Notes under the pieces: generated by a model
What the model saw: the letters and a program-made list of their open reading frames with translations, nothing else
Databases searched by the model: none
What the model was told of the DNA's origin: nothing
Assembly: GCF_009914755.1 (NCBI RefSeq)
Contig: NC_060940.1
Length of the DNA: 64,000 bases
Strand: one strand, 5' to 3'
Source: the human T2T-CHM13v2.0 reference genome, Homo sapiens
Program-made: the position numbers and the translations under genes
In this document: one piece after another, positions 18,500 through 44,771 of the stretch
Position numbering within the stretch: position 1 is the stretch's first letter
How the letters are laid out: each line of letters begins with the position of its first letter

Positions 18500-18645
18500 C
18501 AACTTGGTGCCAGGCCCTGCGCTAAGGGCTCTATATGCATTAAATCCTTCAATATATGGTGCTGTTACTACCCCCATTTGCCAGATGAGAAACTAAGGTT
18601 CGGAGAGATTGATAAACTTTCCCGAGGTTACACAGTCATTAGGTT
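18500..18645 (-). mobile_element. MIR
   Basis: CCCCATTTGCCAGATGAGAAACTAAGGTTCGGAGAG. Confidence 0.75.
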
Positions 18646-18732
18646 GAGGAGCTGCCATTTACATCTGCAGGTAAAGCACTTAGTTCAAACCCGCCCCCAG
18701 AAAGTGTTATTTTAAAGTTTAAAGTATGTTGA

Positions 18733-20604
<1,872 letters not shown>

Positions 20605-21076
20605 GATTTCCTGGAGGAAAGACAGGGACTGGAAGCACCCAGGTACTCCCGCCCCTGACCCCCTTGCCTCCAAGGACAACAGCTCCCACCAAAAACGGCC
20701 AGTTGCACCCAGCAAGCTGGGAGCGTGGGTAGCAGAGAGGGAGTCCCAGGCAGCCGAGCCGGTAGTGCCCAGCCCAGCCTACCACAGCTCCTGGCCCTCT
20801 GAGCATCAAATGTCACAAGGGGCTCCAGTGCCAGGGAACAGCAGCAGGGGCTCCAGGGCAAAGAGGATGACTCTCAGTCACCAACTTCAGAAGCAGTGCC
20901 ACCTCACTCAACCCCATGTGACTCAGCCTCAGTTTCTTCCATACCGTGGGGCTGGCCAGGCCTGCCACCCAGGCAGCTGTGAGAACTGATCAGTGCCCAC
21001 ATGTCCCGGTCACCCCTGACTTTCCTTCCCTTCCCTGAAGCACCATCTCTTCACAGAGAAGTAAAAAGGTAGCCAC

Positions 21077-21530
<454 letters not shown>

Positions 21531-22162
21531 TCACAGGGGCCAGCCTCTAGGGGATGGGACCTTCACCCCCAGACCTGGGGAAGAGCTGCCCTTCTGGCTG
21601 GGCACCGAACACAGGAATCCCTAAGAGGCTTGGTCTTTTCTTCTTCTGTAGCCCCCAGATGATAACATTCCTTACAGATAAAGTGAGGCACTGAAACACT
21701 TCATACAGAAACCAGGGGTGTTCCAGGCTTGAGCTGGGGTGGTGGGGGTGGGGGGAGGTACAGTGCCCAGGGCTCCAACAGGGCAGCTCACTCATCTCTG
21801 AGCTGGCCCCAGCCTTACCCCATCTGTAAAGAATAAGAGCTTGATGGGCTTCAAGCCACCCAGTTGAGCTGATATCACAGGCTCCTTCATGCCCCAGGGC
21901 CTTTGCACAGCCAGCTCCCCCGTCCTGGGACGCCTTCCCTGCTTTATCCCAACACCGACTCCTTTGCAAACATTTTCTCCCTGAAACTTTCCCTGGTCCC
22001 TTCCCATTCCTTCTCCCCTGGAAGAATGAGCCCCTAGGACCCAGGGGCAATTCTATCCAGGCACCTCTAAAACTGGAACCCATTCAGCTGCGCACACTTG
22101 GCCATGGCCCTCCCTGATGCTTGAAAGGGGTCAGGCTTATCAGCTATCAAGAAGAGATTCTC

Positions 22163-22533
<371 letters not shown>

Positions 22534-22811
22534 TTACCTGGGGACCCGTCCCGTAGAAGAGGTGCCTCAGAGTGAAGCACTAACAACAGTGACTCCCATC
22601 TCGCAGCCAGGGCGGATTCTCCTTTCAGACATGCTTGATGCAAAGGTCTCCATCCCATTTCTTGGGCTCCTGGACACCCCACCCCATCACCCTGGCTGGG
22701 CACAGGCCAGAGTGAGGAAGGAGCTGAGGATGGGTGGAAACATCATCCTGCCACCTGCCTGTGTCCTCTGCAGACAGCGCCTGCTCTCTCCACACATCCA
22801 AAGCCTGACAT

Positions 22812-23098
22812 GACCAGGCACGGTGCCTCATGCCTGTAATCCCAGCACTTTGGGAAGCTGAGGCAGGATGATCATTTTCGGCCAGGAGTTCAAGACCAGC
22901 CTTCCCAACATAGCAAGACCCCATTTCCACCAAAAAATTAAAAATTAGCTGGGCGTGGTGGTGCACCTGTAATCCTAGCTCCTCGGGAGGCTGAGGCGAG
23001 AGAATTGCTTGAGGCCAGGAGTTCGAGGCTGCGGTGAGCTATGATCGTGCTACTGAACTCCAGCCTGACAGTGACGTGACCCTCTCTCAAAAGAAAAG
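22812..23098 (+). mobile_element. AluJ
   Basis: Full dimer. Confidence 0.9.
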
Positions 23099-24221
23099 AG
23101 CCTTAGAGCTAGAGTAGAGATGCTCCCAAAATGCAAGTGAATGAAGAATGAGGAATGATGGTGGCCAAGAGCCCAGAGGCTTAACCGCAGCAGCGGCAGG
23201 AACATGCACTTACATGGTGCTTCCTGTATGCCACACCCTGCTCCAAGCGCGTTTCTACTTCAGCTTGTTCAATCTGCACAAGGCTTCAGTGAGGCATGGA
23301 GGGGAGGTGGCAGAGCTGGGGTCCCCGTTCCCAGTCTTGGCGGTCTGAGCTTTGTGCTGCATTAGATGTACCAGTTGGCTGGGGGGGGCATCTGTGAAAT
23401 GGGTGTCCAGTTGCACCCCCTCGCCCCCTAGAGTCCCACCAAGAAGCTGTGGCAGGGCAGTGGGGGAGGACTCAGGAGGGGTGTTGCAGACCCGGCTTTG
23501 GGGGGTTCCTCAGATGTCGGCAGAGGGAGTGAGCCAGAGCCTGGGAACTCCTGGTCTGGGGAGGAGAGCCCTGACCCATGTGCAGGCCACAGGGATGGGC
23601 CACCGAGGGCCATGGGAGCTGCTGACCAGGCTGGGCGTGGCGCGCCAAGCAGCAGGCACGGCGCCTGCTCCCGGTCACTCTGACCTCCGACGCAGGCCAG
23701 CTGGGAGTCACTCTTTCCAAGCCCATCAGCAGAGCTTGCCTGCGGCTGTAACCAGGAAGCTCAGGGTGGAGGAAACTGTGGGCTCTGGCTTCCAGCGGCT
23801 TCCACGGAGGCCACATTTGCCAAATTTCATCCCAGGCTCCCCGATCCCTGAGGATTTGCCATCTCCACGCATTTTATCTTCACATTCACTTACCTAATAG
23901 CTGCCTTACAAATCTTATAAGAGGGCCTCACAAACAGACATTCATTATTCATTGGAAATGAAAGTACTCTACCACGACCTGGTGAAGCCAAGTTTGATGG
24001 GCTACTTATACTTTTTTCCCCCTAAGGCTTTACAGAAAGTAAATAACCACAAAAATAAAACCTGGCTCACCTGTGTACCACCTAAAATCATCATGCATTT
24101 GGCCAGGAGTACTAGTGCCTCATCCTGTCCAGCTTCTGAGAAGGGGGGGGGTCTCAGGGTGTCACTCCCTAACCCCCAGACCCAGGAGGGCCCCCTTCCA
24201 GGCTTTCACAAAAGAGGGGCA

Positions 24222-24345
24222 TGCTGGGCGTAGTGGCGCATGCCTGTAGTTCCAGCTACTCGGGAGACTGAAGTGGGAGGACTGCTTGAGCCCAGGAGTT
24301 CAAGATCAGCCTGGGCAACACAGCAAGACCCTGTCTTTTGAAAAA
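24222..24345 (+). mobile_element. FLAM_A-like monomer
   Basis: GCCTGTAGTTCCAGCTACTCGGGAG...GAGTTCAAGATCAGCCTGGGCAAC. Confidence 0.8.
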
Positions 24346-24789
24346 GTTGGGGGGTGGAGGGGCAGGTTCTGGTGCATTCCCTCGAGCTTGAGTGTAGTAA
24401 GTACCAGGGGTGGGGTTACAAAGCTGAAAGTCCCCATATCTTCCCTGGGAAGAGACCTCGGAAGTCAAGTTCAGCTGGGCTGGTGTGGTTAGAAAGAGCC
24501 CCTCTGGGATCAGAAGCCAGTAGCCCTAGGTTAGAGCTCAGCCTGCCTGCTAAGTCACCAAGTCACCTGGGCCAGTCATTTCCGCAGCCTGGGCCTCTGT
24601 GCGACCAGGAGTGACCCTCCCTAATGGGATTTAGCTGCCGGCACATCTTGGGCCCCATATAAAGAGCAACAATGCTTCACAACCAAGACAGAAGTGACGG
24701 GCGACCATATCTCTTGGTTGGTGGGTGTGACAGCAGTGTTCCAGCCCTGTAAAAATCTCAGGCATAAACAGATTAAGAGATGCCAAATA

Positions 24790-25170
<381 letters not shown>

Positions 25171-25600
25171 GAGAGATGCCAAATAGGTGCTGCTCCGTAA
25201 TGAGCTGTTCAGTGGCTGGCCACCTTTTTTCCCCAGGTTCCCTGCCTCAGTCCCTCCATCTGCAAAATGGGTGAGACTCCTGGTTAAATAGGGACGAGGA
25301 GAGACTGAGAGTCGGTTGTTGCCTGGGCCTATGGACTTTGTGTTCCAGTCAAAGTCTTCCAGGGTGGCCAGGAGAAGGACACACAATAGCTGGTGCCTTC
25401 CCAACGGTGGGGGACCAGGGTGGTCTCCCCGGCAACCCTCAGCCCTTCAGTCCAGTGGTTGGGAGGAGGAGTTGACACCCATTACCCCACCCCCTCCCTC
25501 AGGATTAACCTGATGGCTTAGACCAGTCCCAGCTCCCCCACATAGTGGCCCAGGCCTGTCATTCAGCCCAGGGCTGGCCAATCAGGACGAAGCTTAGAGC

Positions 25601-25746
25601 TAGAGTTGCCAGATTTCACAAATAAAAACACAGGATGCCCAGGTAAGTTTGAATTTCAGATCAATAACAAGTAACTTTTTTTTAGCATACATTACTCATT
25701 GTTTACCTAGATAACTTCGTGTCTTATATTTTATCTGGCAATCCTA
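25601..25746. mobile_element. MER53 MITE, internally deleted
   Basis: TIRs TAGAGTTGCCAGAT...ATCTGGCAATCCTA; AAATAAAAACACAGGATGCCCAGGTAAGTTTGAATTTCAGAT. Confidence 0.85.
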
Positions 25747-26025
25747 CTTGGGATTCTCCTCAGCCAATTATGGAAAGAAACCCTCCCCCACCTGTATCCC
25801 AGGGCCTCCAGCAAGAAGCAGGTGGTCCTGCTCCCATCCGCTGCCACCCCCCATCCAGAGGGCGGCAGCTGACAGCAGCAGCCCCACACAAAGGAAGTGC
25901 AAGGCCGCCTTGGAGGGCAACGGCTCCCCTGGGCCTCCCCTCCCCTGCCTGCAGGCAGCTCCACTTACTGATTGAGCCCCTGTGGGCCAGGCACTGCCCT
26001 AAGTGTGCTTTAAGTACATGTTTTT

Positions 26026-26295
26026 GGCTGGGCACGGTGGCTCATGCCTGTAATGCCAACGCTTTGGGAGGTCGAGCGGGGGCAGATCACTTGAGGTCAG
26101 GAGTTCGAGACCAGCCTGGGCCACATGGTAAAACCTCGTCTCTACTAAAAATACAAAAATTAGCTTGGCATGGTGGCGTGCGCCTGTAATCCAAGCTACT
26201 CGCTTGAACCCAGGAGGCGAAGGTTACAGTGAGCCGAGGTCGTGCCACTGCACTCCAGCCTGGGTGACAGGGCAAGACTCAGTCTCAAAAAAAAA
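26026..26295 (+). mobile_element. AluS with small internal deletion
   Basis: Alu dimer. Confidence 0.92.
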
Positions 26296-27094
26296 GGCTG
26301 CATGTTTTTGCATCTTTGCAAGAAAGCAGCACAGATGAGATGCTAAGGCTAAGAGCCACTCGGCAACTGTGAGGCTGGACTGGAAGCCAGATCTCTGTTC
26401 CAGCGGAGCAGAGCACTGCCCTTCTGGAAGGTTCCACAGCTCTCATTTTGCCACAGGCAGGTATGGAGTTGGGGAGCAGGGGATTGACTGCTAGCAGTTA
26501 ATGTGTCTAACCTAAACTTTACAAGTCAGGAAACACAGAGTAGGATGACACCCACTGAGTGCAGGAGAGGAACAGGCGGCTGGGCCACCTGCAACTCCTT
26601 GAGATGGACAGCCAGGCCTAGGACGCACACACTGAGCTGGACCCCGTTCCACCAGATTTTGCTCCTTTTAAGCATGAAAGGGCCATGACATCAAATCCCA
26701 TGGGGTAGGGCAGCCCCCCTGGGGACCGAATCTGTCAAGGAAGGGGCACGGACCACCCAGGGCTAGGGTGGGTGAGAGCCGCGCCTGGGGAAGCCAGGAC
26801 AAGCCACGATAGCAGCCAGTGAAAATGAGGGTCAGGCACTGGCTGGCCTTGTTCTAGAACCCCGTGAGGGCCGGCTCCAGGCCCACGCCCAACACGGGCA
26901 GCAGAGCAAGGAGCCGGGCACGGAGCCCTCCCACCCTGTTCACATCCAGCAGCTCCCTGCCTTCCCCCGTGAACCCTGAGCCCAGCCTGGTGCTGTCCTT
27001 GGCCACCTAAGACAAGGAAGAAGCCCACCCGTCCTGAGACCCCAGGCCCAGCTTTCCAAATCCTCAAACCCAGAGCTACTGCAGGAGGAGAAAT

Positions 27095-27397
<303 letters not shown>

Positions 27398-27669
27398 AGG
27401 AGGGATTGTCATTTCAGCTATTCAGTCCCTGCCGCCCACTCTGCACCAGGCCCAAGGAGGAGCTGGGGACAGAGGTGAATATGGCACACTCTCTGTTCCC
27501 AAGGAGCCAAGTCAGCCAGGGGAGACGGAAAAGGACAGCCTTGTGTGACCAGTGCTGGGACCCCAGCCACGCACAGGGGCTGCAGAAATCCATAGGAGAG
27601 CATTTTCTCCCGACCTGGAGGAGGTGACACCCTGATTCTCGCCTGATTCTCTTTAACCACAGCTAATGC

Positions 27670-27780
27670 TTTGAGATGGATTACATCCCACTTTGCAGAA
27701 GAGGAAACAGATGCGGAGAGGTAACAGCAATGCCTAGTGAGGGCCAGGGAGGGGATTTGAACCCAGGGCTTCCAACTCCA
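27670..27780 (-). mobile_element. MIR
   Basis: CCCACTTTGCAGAAGAGGAAACAGA...GGATTTGAACCCAGG. Confidence 0.7.
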
Positions 27781-28168
27781 TCATTCCCAGAAAGCACTTT
27801 GGGAAATGACTGTTTCTTCTGTCCAGGGAGCCTCTTGTCACACTCAGCCAACTCATGTCAGGCACCAGAGCCAATGTCAGGCCTCCTGCTCAGGCCCCAG
27901 TCAACCCCTTCTGCTGGGAGATTTTCTCCCGCAGAGGTCACAAGTTCACAGGACCCAAGCCCAAAGCGGGAGGCACAGACAGCAGCCCTGGGGTTCTCCC
28001 AGTAGTCGGAAACGGGCTGGCTGCCTCTGGGCTCACACTGGGATCATCAGAGCAGCAGCTCAGGCTCGGATGGCCAGAATTAGGGTGGGTTGGGGTCATG
28101 GAGGGAAGAAGGCCCCGGAGATCTGATGGCTCCTAGCCTGAGGCTCTCTGTGTTTGGGCATGAACCTA

Positions 28169-28386
28169 TGATACAGTTTGTCAGTGTCTCCACCCAAATC
28201 CCATCTTGAATTGTAGCTCCCATAACCCAGCGAGAGGTAACTGAATCACGGGGGTGGGTCTTTCCCCTGCTGTTCTCATGAGAGTGAATAAGTCTCATGA
28301 GATCTGATGCTTTTATAAAGGGGAGTTCCCATGCACACACTCTCTCGTGCCCGCCACCATGTAAGATGTGACTTTGCTCCTCCTTG
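28169..28386 (+). mobile_element. THE1B-like LTR, 3'-truncated and fused to an antisense Alu 5' end (28385-28433)
   Basis: CACCCAAATCCCATCTTGAATTGTAGCTCCCATAA...GTGAATAAGTCTCATGAGATCTGATG...CCATGTAAGATGTGACTTTGCTCCTCCTT then GGCCTCCCAAACTGCTGGG. Confidence 0.85.
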
Positions 28387-28436
28387 GCCTCCCAAACTGC
28401 TGGGATTACAGGCGTGAGCCACTGCGCCTGGCCAGC

Positions 28437-28590
28437 TACATGGTTTCTTTTTGGAGCGATGGAAATGTGTAAGATTAGTTTGGGGTGATGGTTGCAAAAT
28501 GACATAGATTTACTAAAACTCATAGGATTGAACACTTCAGATGAGGGAATTTTATGGTATGTAAAGTATGTCTCACTAAAGCTGTTGAAA
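28437..28590 (+). mobile_element. L1ME/MB 3' end
   Basis: GGTGATGGTTGCA...TTTACTAAAACTCA...AATTTTATGGTATGTAAA...TAAAGCTGTT. Confidence 0.7.
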
Positions 28591-28639
28591 TGAAGGCAGC
28601 CTCCCAGGGCCCAGAGAGGTATCTAAAGACTCTGGTTTT

Positions 28640-29117
<478 letters not shown>

Positions 29118-29597
29118 AGACTCTTCTAGACAGACAGACCCTGCCTGAGCACATGACCTGGCCAGGGGGCCTTCCTACATGTCCTTGTCCTAAAGCAAGC
29201 TGTAGGTACCCTCTTCTTGGGGCAGCCGTGGGCAGGACTTTGCCCAGCTATTCCTCCCTCCCCACCAGTCCCTCTGAGGACAGGTCCCCAGAGAGAGGCA
29301 GGCAGGAGTTCCAAGGAGGGAAGGGGCCCTGTTGTTCGAGTAATAAGCTCATTCTGATGCTCCAGGAGCCTCCTGGGGATGGCAGCCATGGTTAATCAGC
29401 CAGATGGCTTGGGCAACATGAACTGATGTTGGTGCCAGCTGTGTGAGGGGCACAGGGCAGGGGGGCCAGGCGGCTGGCAGTATGCCCCCTTCCCACTTTT
29501 TTTCTCCCCTGGGATCAGAGAAAGGAGGCCTCTTGCCATCAACATGGAATCTCCACCCCCAGGTTCTTCAAACAGAGGCAGACCCCTCTACGGCTGA

Positions 29598-30331
<734 letters not shown>

Positions 30332-30689
30332 CCCAGCAAGTCTTATAATGTCTGAGCCCTCACTTTCTTATCCAAAAAAGTGGCCATAATAATAACAGTG
30401 CCCTCCTGGCAGGCTACAGCCAGGATGAAAGCAGTGGGCATAGAACTTTCTGGGATCCTCATCATCCTCCTGAGCTCCTCCCAATAGCGGAACTGGCACG
30501 CGGCAGAGCTCAGAGGGTGGATCTCCAGGGTAAAGGGGCCAACAGGTCCCAAGCAATTCGTTAGGCTTCATGGCTGGACGGGCGGCCACTTCTTTTGTTG
30601 CAGCTTTTTTCTAAAACCCTGAGATTTCCCCTAACAGGGAAGTAAATGTAGAGAATTCAGAATGAGCCCTCATGTTCAACGTGCAGCAT

Positions 30690-31605
<916 letters not shown>

Positions 31606-32689
31606 GAAAAAAAAGGGATCCTGGAATTTGGACATGGGAAAGTCTAACGGGTTCCACTCTGGCCACGGAGATGAGCTTACTGAGGCTGGAAGGGGAAGAG
31701 ATTTGCCCTGTGTCACTTGGATATCCTGTTACCTGATCGCCTGAAGGAAGGGTGTGGTTGACCAGAGCTGGGCTTACCCTAGGTGGGAGGAGCTGGGGAA
31801 ACAGAAAGGCCTGTCTCTTGGCTATCAGGGGAGCTTTATGCAGAAGCCCTGGTCTGCACGCTGATCCTTCTAGAAGCCCGAGGTCCTTCATCTTTGCCAA
31901 GACCAAGGAGCGGGAGGGAGACATGAGACCATCCCCATCGCTGTGTATTGAAGATGGACCAGATACCAGGCACGCTGCACAATCCCCCCATTTTGCAGTG
32001 GAAGAAAGAGATGGGGAGGGGTACACGGGCCCACCTGGCTGAGGCCACAGGGCAGGCAGGACACAGCTTGGGGTGCAGCTGGGTTCATGTGGTCCCAGAC
32101 GATGAGTTGCCCATTGAGGAAAAGGTTGACTCAGAAAGGGCTCCGCACCCCCAGGGATTCCTGCACTGAGCTGGTTAGTTGAGAAACAGAGTGGCAGGAC
32201 AGTGAGTCACAAGGCTTCGTGAACCCACGCGGAGTCCCCCAGCCCTCTCCACCTGCCCCAGGCCTTCTGGGAGTTTTTACAACAACCCATGGGATTGGGG
32301 GCCCTTTTCCTTCCCGGGCCCAGCTCCTTCCTGGTAGCCAGCCCCGTGATGCCCCACCTCTCCTGTCCACTCCCCTCCTTGAAGCCACTCAGAGGCCTGG
32401 GGGCAATCTTGTCTCTGCACTTCTTCTCCCAAGTCCTGGGCAAGTCCCCAGGCTCACTCTCCATGCCTGCCCAGTGAGCCTCCTGGGCCATCGGAAGGAG
32501 CCCTCAAGAATGTGCAGTGGGGTTGGACAGCTCTCCTGTCATGCTCCCTCAGCGCCACAAGGGACCAGAGTTACCCGGTCCCCACCCCAACATCTCCATC
32601 CCAGGACACACGTCAAGGCCTCGGCCAAGGAGTGAGAAGAAAATGTGAGCTCAAAGCAAGCGGGCATCTTTGAATTGAGCCTGGATCTC

Positions 32690-32960
32690 TTTTTTTGAGA
32701 TGGAGTCTCACTTTGTCATCCGGGCTGGAGCATAGTGGCGCAATCCCAGCTCACTGCAACCTCTGCCTCCTGAGTTCCTGGGTTCAGGCGATTTTCCTGC
32801 CTCAGCCTCCCGAGTAGGTGCCAGGCACCTGCCACCACGCCTGGCTAATTTTTTTGTATTTTTAGTAAAGACGGGGTTTTACCACGTTGGCCAGGCTGGT
32901 CTTGACCTCCTGACCTCAAGTGATCTGCCCTCGACCTCCCAAAGTGCTGGGATTACAGGC
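32690..32960 (-). mobile_element. AluS, 5'-truncated
   Basis: Antisense Alu ending GGATTACAGGC. Confidence 0.9.
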
Positions 32961-33719
32961 AAGCCTGGGTCTTTCTGGAGATCCTGGGAGGGAGGAGGAG
33001 AGGGAGGACCTTGGGCCACAGGTAGGACACACCGCCTAATGCATCTATCCAGGGCCAAGGCGGGGTCAGGATGAGAGGGACAGGCCTCCAAACAAATCAG
33101 AGTTACCCTTGGCTCTGAATCTAAGTCCAGAGGGACTTGGCGGAGAATGGGGAGGACCTCTCAGACAGACCCTCACTGTCCCTCTAAGTAGCTGCCTCCC
33201 CACCCAACCCCCAGGCCCATCTTACCAAACCAGAGCCCACCAGGCTACTCTGCTTCTGTTCATATAAAAGCTTCAGTGGCTTTCCAGTGCTCGGCACTGG
33301 GAAAGAGGCCCAGCCCTGCCTCCCTCCCCAAGACCAAAGCTGGGACACTCCTTCACTCCCATCCTTGCTCCAGCCATAGGGAGCTGGCCCTGAGCCCCGT
33401 CATGATGCCTCCTAGGTCTGCCACGTTCTGTTCCCCCACTGCCCTTTCTCCTCTGCCCAGAAAATTCTATCCAACCTTCAAAACTCAACTCCAACACTGC
33501 AGCAGTCACCCTTGAGAGCCTTAGGGACCAAGCCTTTATCATCTTTCTATTTTTGGCACTGAAAACAGTACCTGGGCAGAAGGTATCGCCCGAACGTGTC
33601 TTCTGAACGGCTGGGCCACGGGGTTTGCCTTGAACTAAAACCTTACAAAGGGGGTCGGTCCAACCTCCCAACTCTCCAGTCTGGGGGAATTCAGAGATTC
33701 TACAGTGGAGACTGGGCAG

Positions 33720-34135
33720 GAACTATAACAACGTGAATGGCAGAGGGATAGACTGGAAGAGAGTCCAGAAAGAGACCTGAGCCTCCATGAGAACTCAGTC
33801 TGCAGTAAAGGAAGCATATCAAAGTGGGCGGCAAAGGACTTGTCATTCAAAATGGCCAGTGATTTGGAAAATGAGCAGAGTTCGATGCCTACTTCACCTG
33901 GAAACAAAAGCCAATGGTTAAATGTTTCAATGCAAAGACACAGAAAAGCAAAAAGAAAAAGTACACAGCACCGGAGACAAGAAACCATGAAGCTCCCTTA
34001 TGGTAAAATGGGCCACATACGAATCTTACATTCCTGTTCTTTTTAAGGCTGTGTTCAAAAATGAAAGGCAAAGGACAAATTAAAAAAATATTTATAACAT
34101 TTGATAAAGTGTTATCATTTCTTATCATTTAAAAT
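33720..34135 (+). mobile_element. Degraded L1M ORF2-region fragment
   Basis: GAGAGTCCAGAAAGAGACC, CCTACTTCAC, ATGGTTAAATGTTTCAATG resemble L1 ORF2 remnants. Confidence 0.45.
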
Positions 34136-34143
34136 GGAAAAGA

Positions 34144-35143
<1,000 letters not shown>

Positions 35144-35152
35144 TCAAAATGA

Positions 35153-35910
<758 letters not shown>

Positions 35911-36243
35911 TGTCTTCTTTTTTTTAATTGAGGTGAAACTCACATGAAATTAATTAAAGTTTTAAAGTGTACAACTCGGTGGCATTTAGGACATTGAAGA
36001 TGTTGTGCAACTATCACCACTATCTATCATCACTATCTGGAACTTTTTATTGCCTCAAAAGAACACCTCATCCCCATGAATCAGCCACTCCTTACTCCAC
36101 CCTTCTCCCAGGCCCTGAAAACCACCAATCTGCTTTATATCTTTTGTAGGTTTGTTTTTAGAGGTTGTTGCTATTACAATTTTTGAATAATTGTATACTT
36201 AGTGTAGGATAAATACTAATGTTTTTAGGGACCTAGATTTTCA

Positions 36244-37650
<1,407 letters not shown>

Positions 37651-37842
37651 TAAGAAGGTCAATTTATGTTATGTATATTCTAAAAACAATAAAAAAAGTA
37701 GTTATGAAAACACTCTTGACATGTGACGTTTACATTGGAACTATCAGTATCCTCTGTTGATATCTCCCTTATCCTTTGTTTCACTTTCCAAGGTTTCAAT
37801 TTTATATGTATACATATAAGATTTATCAGTATTCATGCATGA

Positions 37843-38157
<315 letters not shown>

Positions 38158-38521
38158 TAATTTTTTAAAAATACATTTTAGGTCTCTGTCCACTGAAATA
38201 GCCTGGGGTAATGACAGCCCAGCAGCAATGAGCACATCTAACACCCAGGTCTGGGATTCTAAACACCATTTCCTCTTAACTAAGAACTGAGGCTCTTTGG
38301 AGAAATGGCTGATTCCAGCTGAGCTTACGATATCTTGTATAGAAAATCGAGAAAGCTATCAAAGACAAAAAGAATCACATCAAAGGGACATAGAAGTCAG
38401 GTCGAAGGGACATCCGTTGGCCACACAGGGACTTTTAAACATCTAGAAGAATAATGACTATAATGAAGTATAACATATTGAATAATAAATTGGATGAATA
38501 AAAATCCATCTGTCCATATTG

Positions 38522-39480
<959 letters not shown>

Positions 39481-39508
39481 ACTTAAAAAATAAAAGTGGG
39501 GGAAAGCC

Positions 39509-39805
39509 TTTTTTTTTTTTTTTTTTTTGAGACAGGGTGTCACTGCATCACCCAGGCTGGAATGTAGTGATGCAATCACAGCTCACTGTAGCCTCCAATT
39601 CCTGGGCTCAAGCGATCCTCTTGCCTCAGCCTCCCAGATAGCCCCACAAGTGCATGCCACACCATGCTCAGCTAATTTTTAAATGTTTTGTAGAAACGAG
39701 GTCTCAATATGTTGCCCTGGCTGGTCCCAAACTTTTGGGCTCAAGCGATCCTCCTGCCTCATCCTCCCAAAGTGTTGGGATTACAGGAATGACCCACCAC
39801 GCCCA
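39509..39805 (-). mobile_element. AluJ
   Basis: Antisense dimer. Confidence 0.9.
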
Positions 39806-40165
39806 GTCAGAAAAGTTCTTTTCTATAGAAGATTACCAGTTCAAATGTAGCAGTTATGATGGAGTTAGCAAAATCACAGTTTTGCAAACCCCAGTGCAAT
39901 TGTCGATTCAGGCCAGGGTCATGATGAGATGCCAATGTGCTGGGTAAAAGGTCACTGGGGAGCAGGCTACTCACCCAGAGCCAGGACAGCACCCCACAGA
40001 CTACCTATGGCAGAGGGACAATGACTTGACAATGGGGACATCAAGCAGTGAACACGTAAATGAAGCAATAAGCTCAGGACCCCTGAGTGGTACAGTCTGC
40101 TGGCAGGTGCCCCCGTGATGTGACCCAACATCACGTTACCCCTGGGGCGCTAAAATCTTTCATCT

Positions 40166-40762
<597 letters not shown>

Positions 40763-40776
40763 GAATTACACAAATA

Positions 40777-41418
<642 letters not shown>

Positions 41419-41595
41419 TACAGAATTTAAGATAACCTACAATACAAAAAGAACCTAGACTCTTCTAGAAGTCAGTGTCATGGGTAGGGGGAAATGGCAG
41501 GACAAAAAAATAGACCCAAAGATTGAAACAATGCAACCAAATGCAACGTGCAATGCATGCGTGATAGGATCCTGGTTTAAAATCTAAAACGTGTC

Positions 41596-42342
<747 letters not shown>

Positions 42343-42684
42343 AAATGTATTTTTACATATTGGGACAACTGAGAATATTTGAATGTGGACAGGCTATTAG
42401 ATGATGTTGAAATTTGTTAATTGTACTTAGGGGTGAAGTGTTTAAGGTCTAACTTATCTTTAACCTCCACAGAGTGAGATAAAACAAATACAGAAAATAA
42501 TTACCGAATCGAGGTAGTGGGTAGATAGGTGAGTTTATGTACTATTTTTCCTCCAAGATTTTTGTCTGTATAAAAATATTCACAAAAACAAGTTGGAGAG
42601 TGGCCTAAGAAAAATCTAAAATTCTCTTTGCTAATTTTAGATGTAATTTTTATTTAATTTTATTTAACTTTATTTTAATATAGA

Positions 42685-42865
42685 AGTTCTTAGCCTTGGC
42701 TTTGCTTCAGAATCATGGGGGAAGCTTTAACAAAAACCAAAAAACAATGACTGTGCTTGGCACCCACAGGTCTGATTTAATTGGGCTGATGTGGGATCCA
42801 GACATACACCTTTTAAAGCTCCCAGGTGACTCTCCCATGCAGCCAGGGCTGAGAATCAGCACCTT
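42685..42865. mobile_element. MER5A-like hAT-Charlie element
   Basis: CAGAATCATGGGGGAAGCTTT...TCTGATTTAATTGG...AAGCTCCCAGGTGACTCT...GCAGCCAGGGCTGAGAATC. Confidence 0.7.
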
Positions 42866-43036
42866 GAATGACTCATGGGAATTAGAATCATTCCTGATAT
42901 GGCTCCTAGATCCCAGGAGGTGCTGGCCAAGGGGAGGAGAAAGGAGAGAGCTGATGCTGGCCCCTGAACCTGCCTGGTAACACCATCATTCACTCAACTG
43001 AGGCACCGACTGCTCCAGGTAGGTGCTGTAGCATCC

Positions 43037-43848
<812 letters not shown>

Positions 43849-44331
43849 TGCTTCAGGCTTTTTCTAAAGAGAGGACCAACTTGTTTTTCTTGAGCCGGAG
43901 CCTCAAACTTGGGGACGCCCTGTGGGTTTGGTTCTGAGTCTGTCTCCATCTCTGGACTGTGCTGTCTGGGAAGCCAGGGCCCTCCTGGCTCATTTTGTGA
44001 CCTCAGGGGCTGGCAGGTGGCCTCGCATGGCCCAGGTGATCAAGAAACTGTTCTTGAATAAATGAATGACTCAGTGAAGGGCAGGAAGGCAACAGGAAGG
44101 ACAGTGCTTACCAAGGGGCCAGTCCACAAGAGTGGAGCTGAGGGAAGACTGGCTTGGCAGGACACTGAGACACTGCGTCAGGGACACTGAGAAGCAGGGA
44201 GGGGGAGAAACAAGTGCTATGAGGTTGGGAGGCAGGAGAGGGGGCTCTCCCCTCCCCAACGCTTGTGTAGAGCAAGCCCTCCTGGAATTCTGTCTGTCTG
44301 TACTCCTTGGCAGATGTCTTTAATTGACTAG

Positions 44332-44771
<440 letters not shown>

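Noticed and set aside
24222-24345. 7SL RNA pseudogene
   Set aside because: No S-domain sequence; matches a FLAM_A monomer.
25601-25746. Possible miR-1302-family hairpin (MER53-derived)
   Set aside because: The palindrome centre is deleted and the mature sequence TTGGGACATACTTATGCTAAA is absent.
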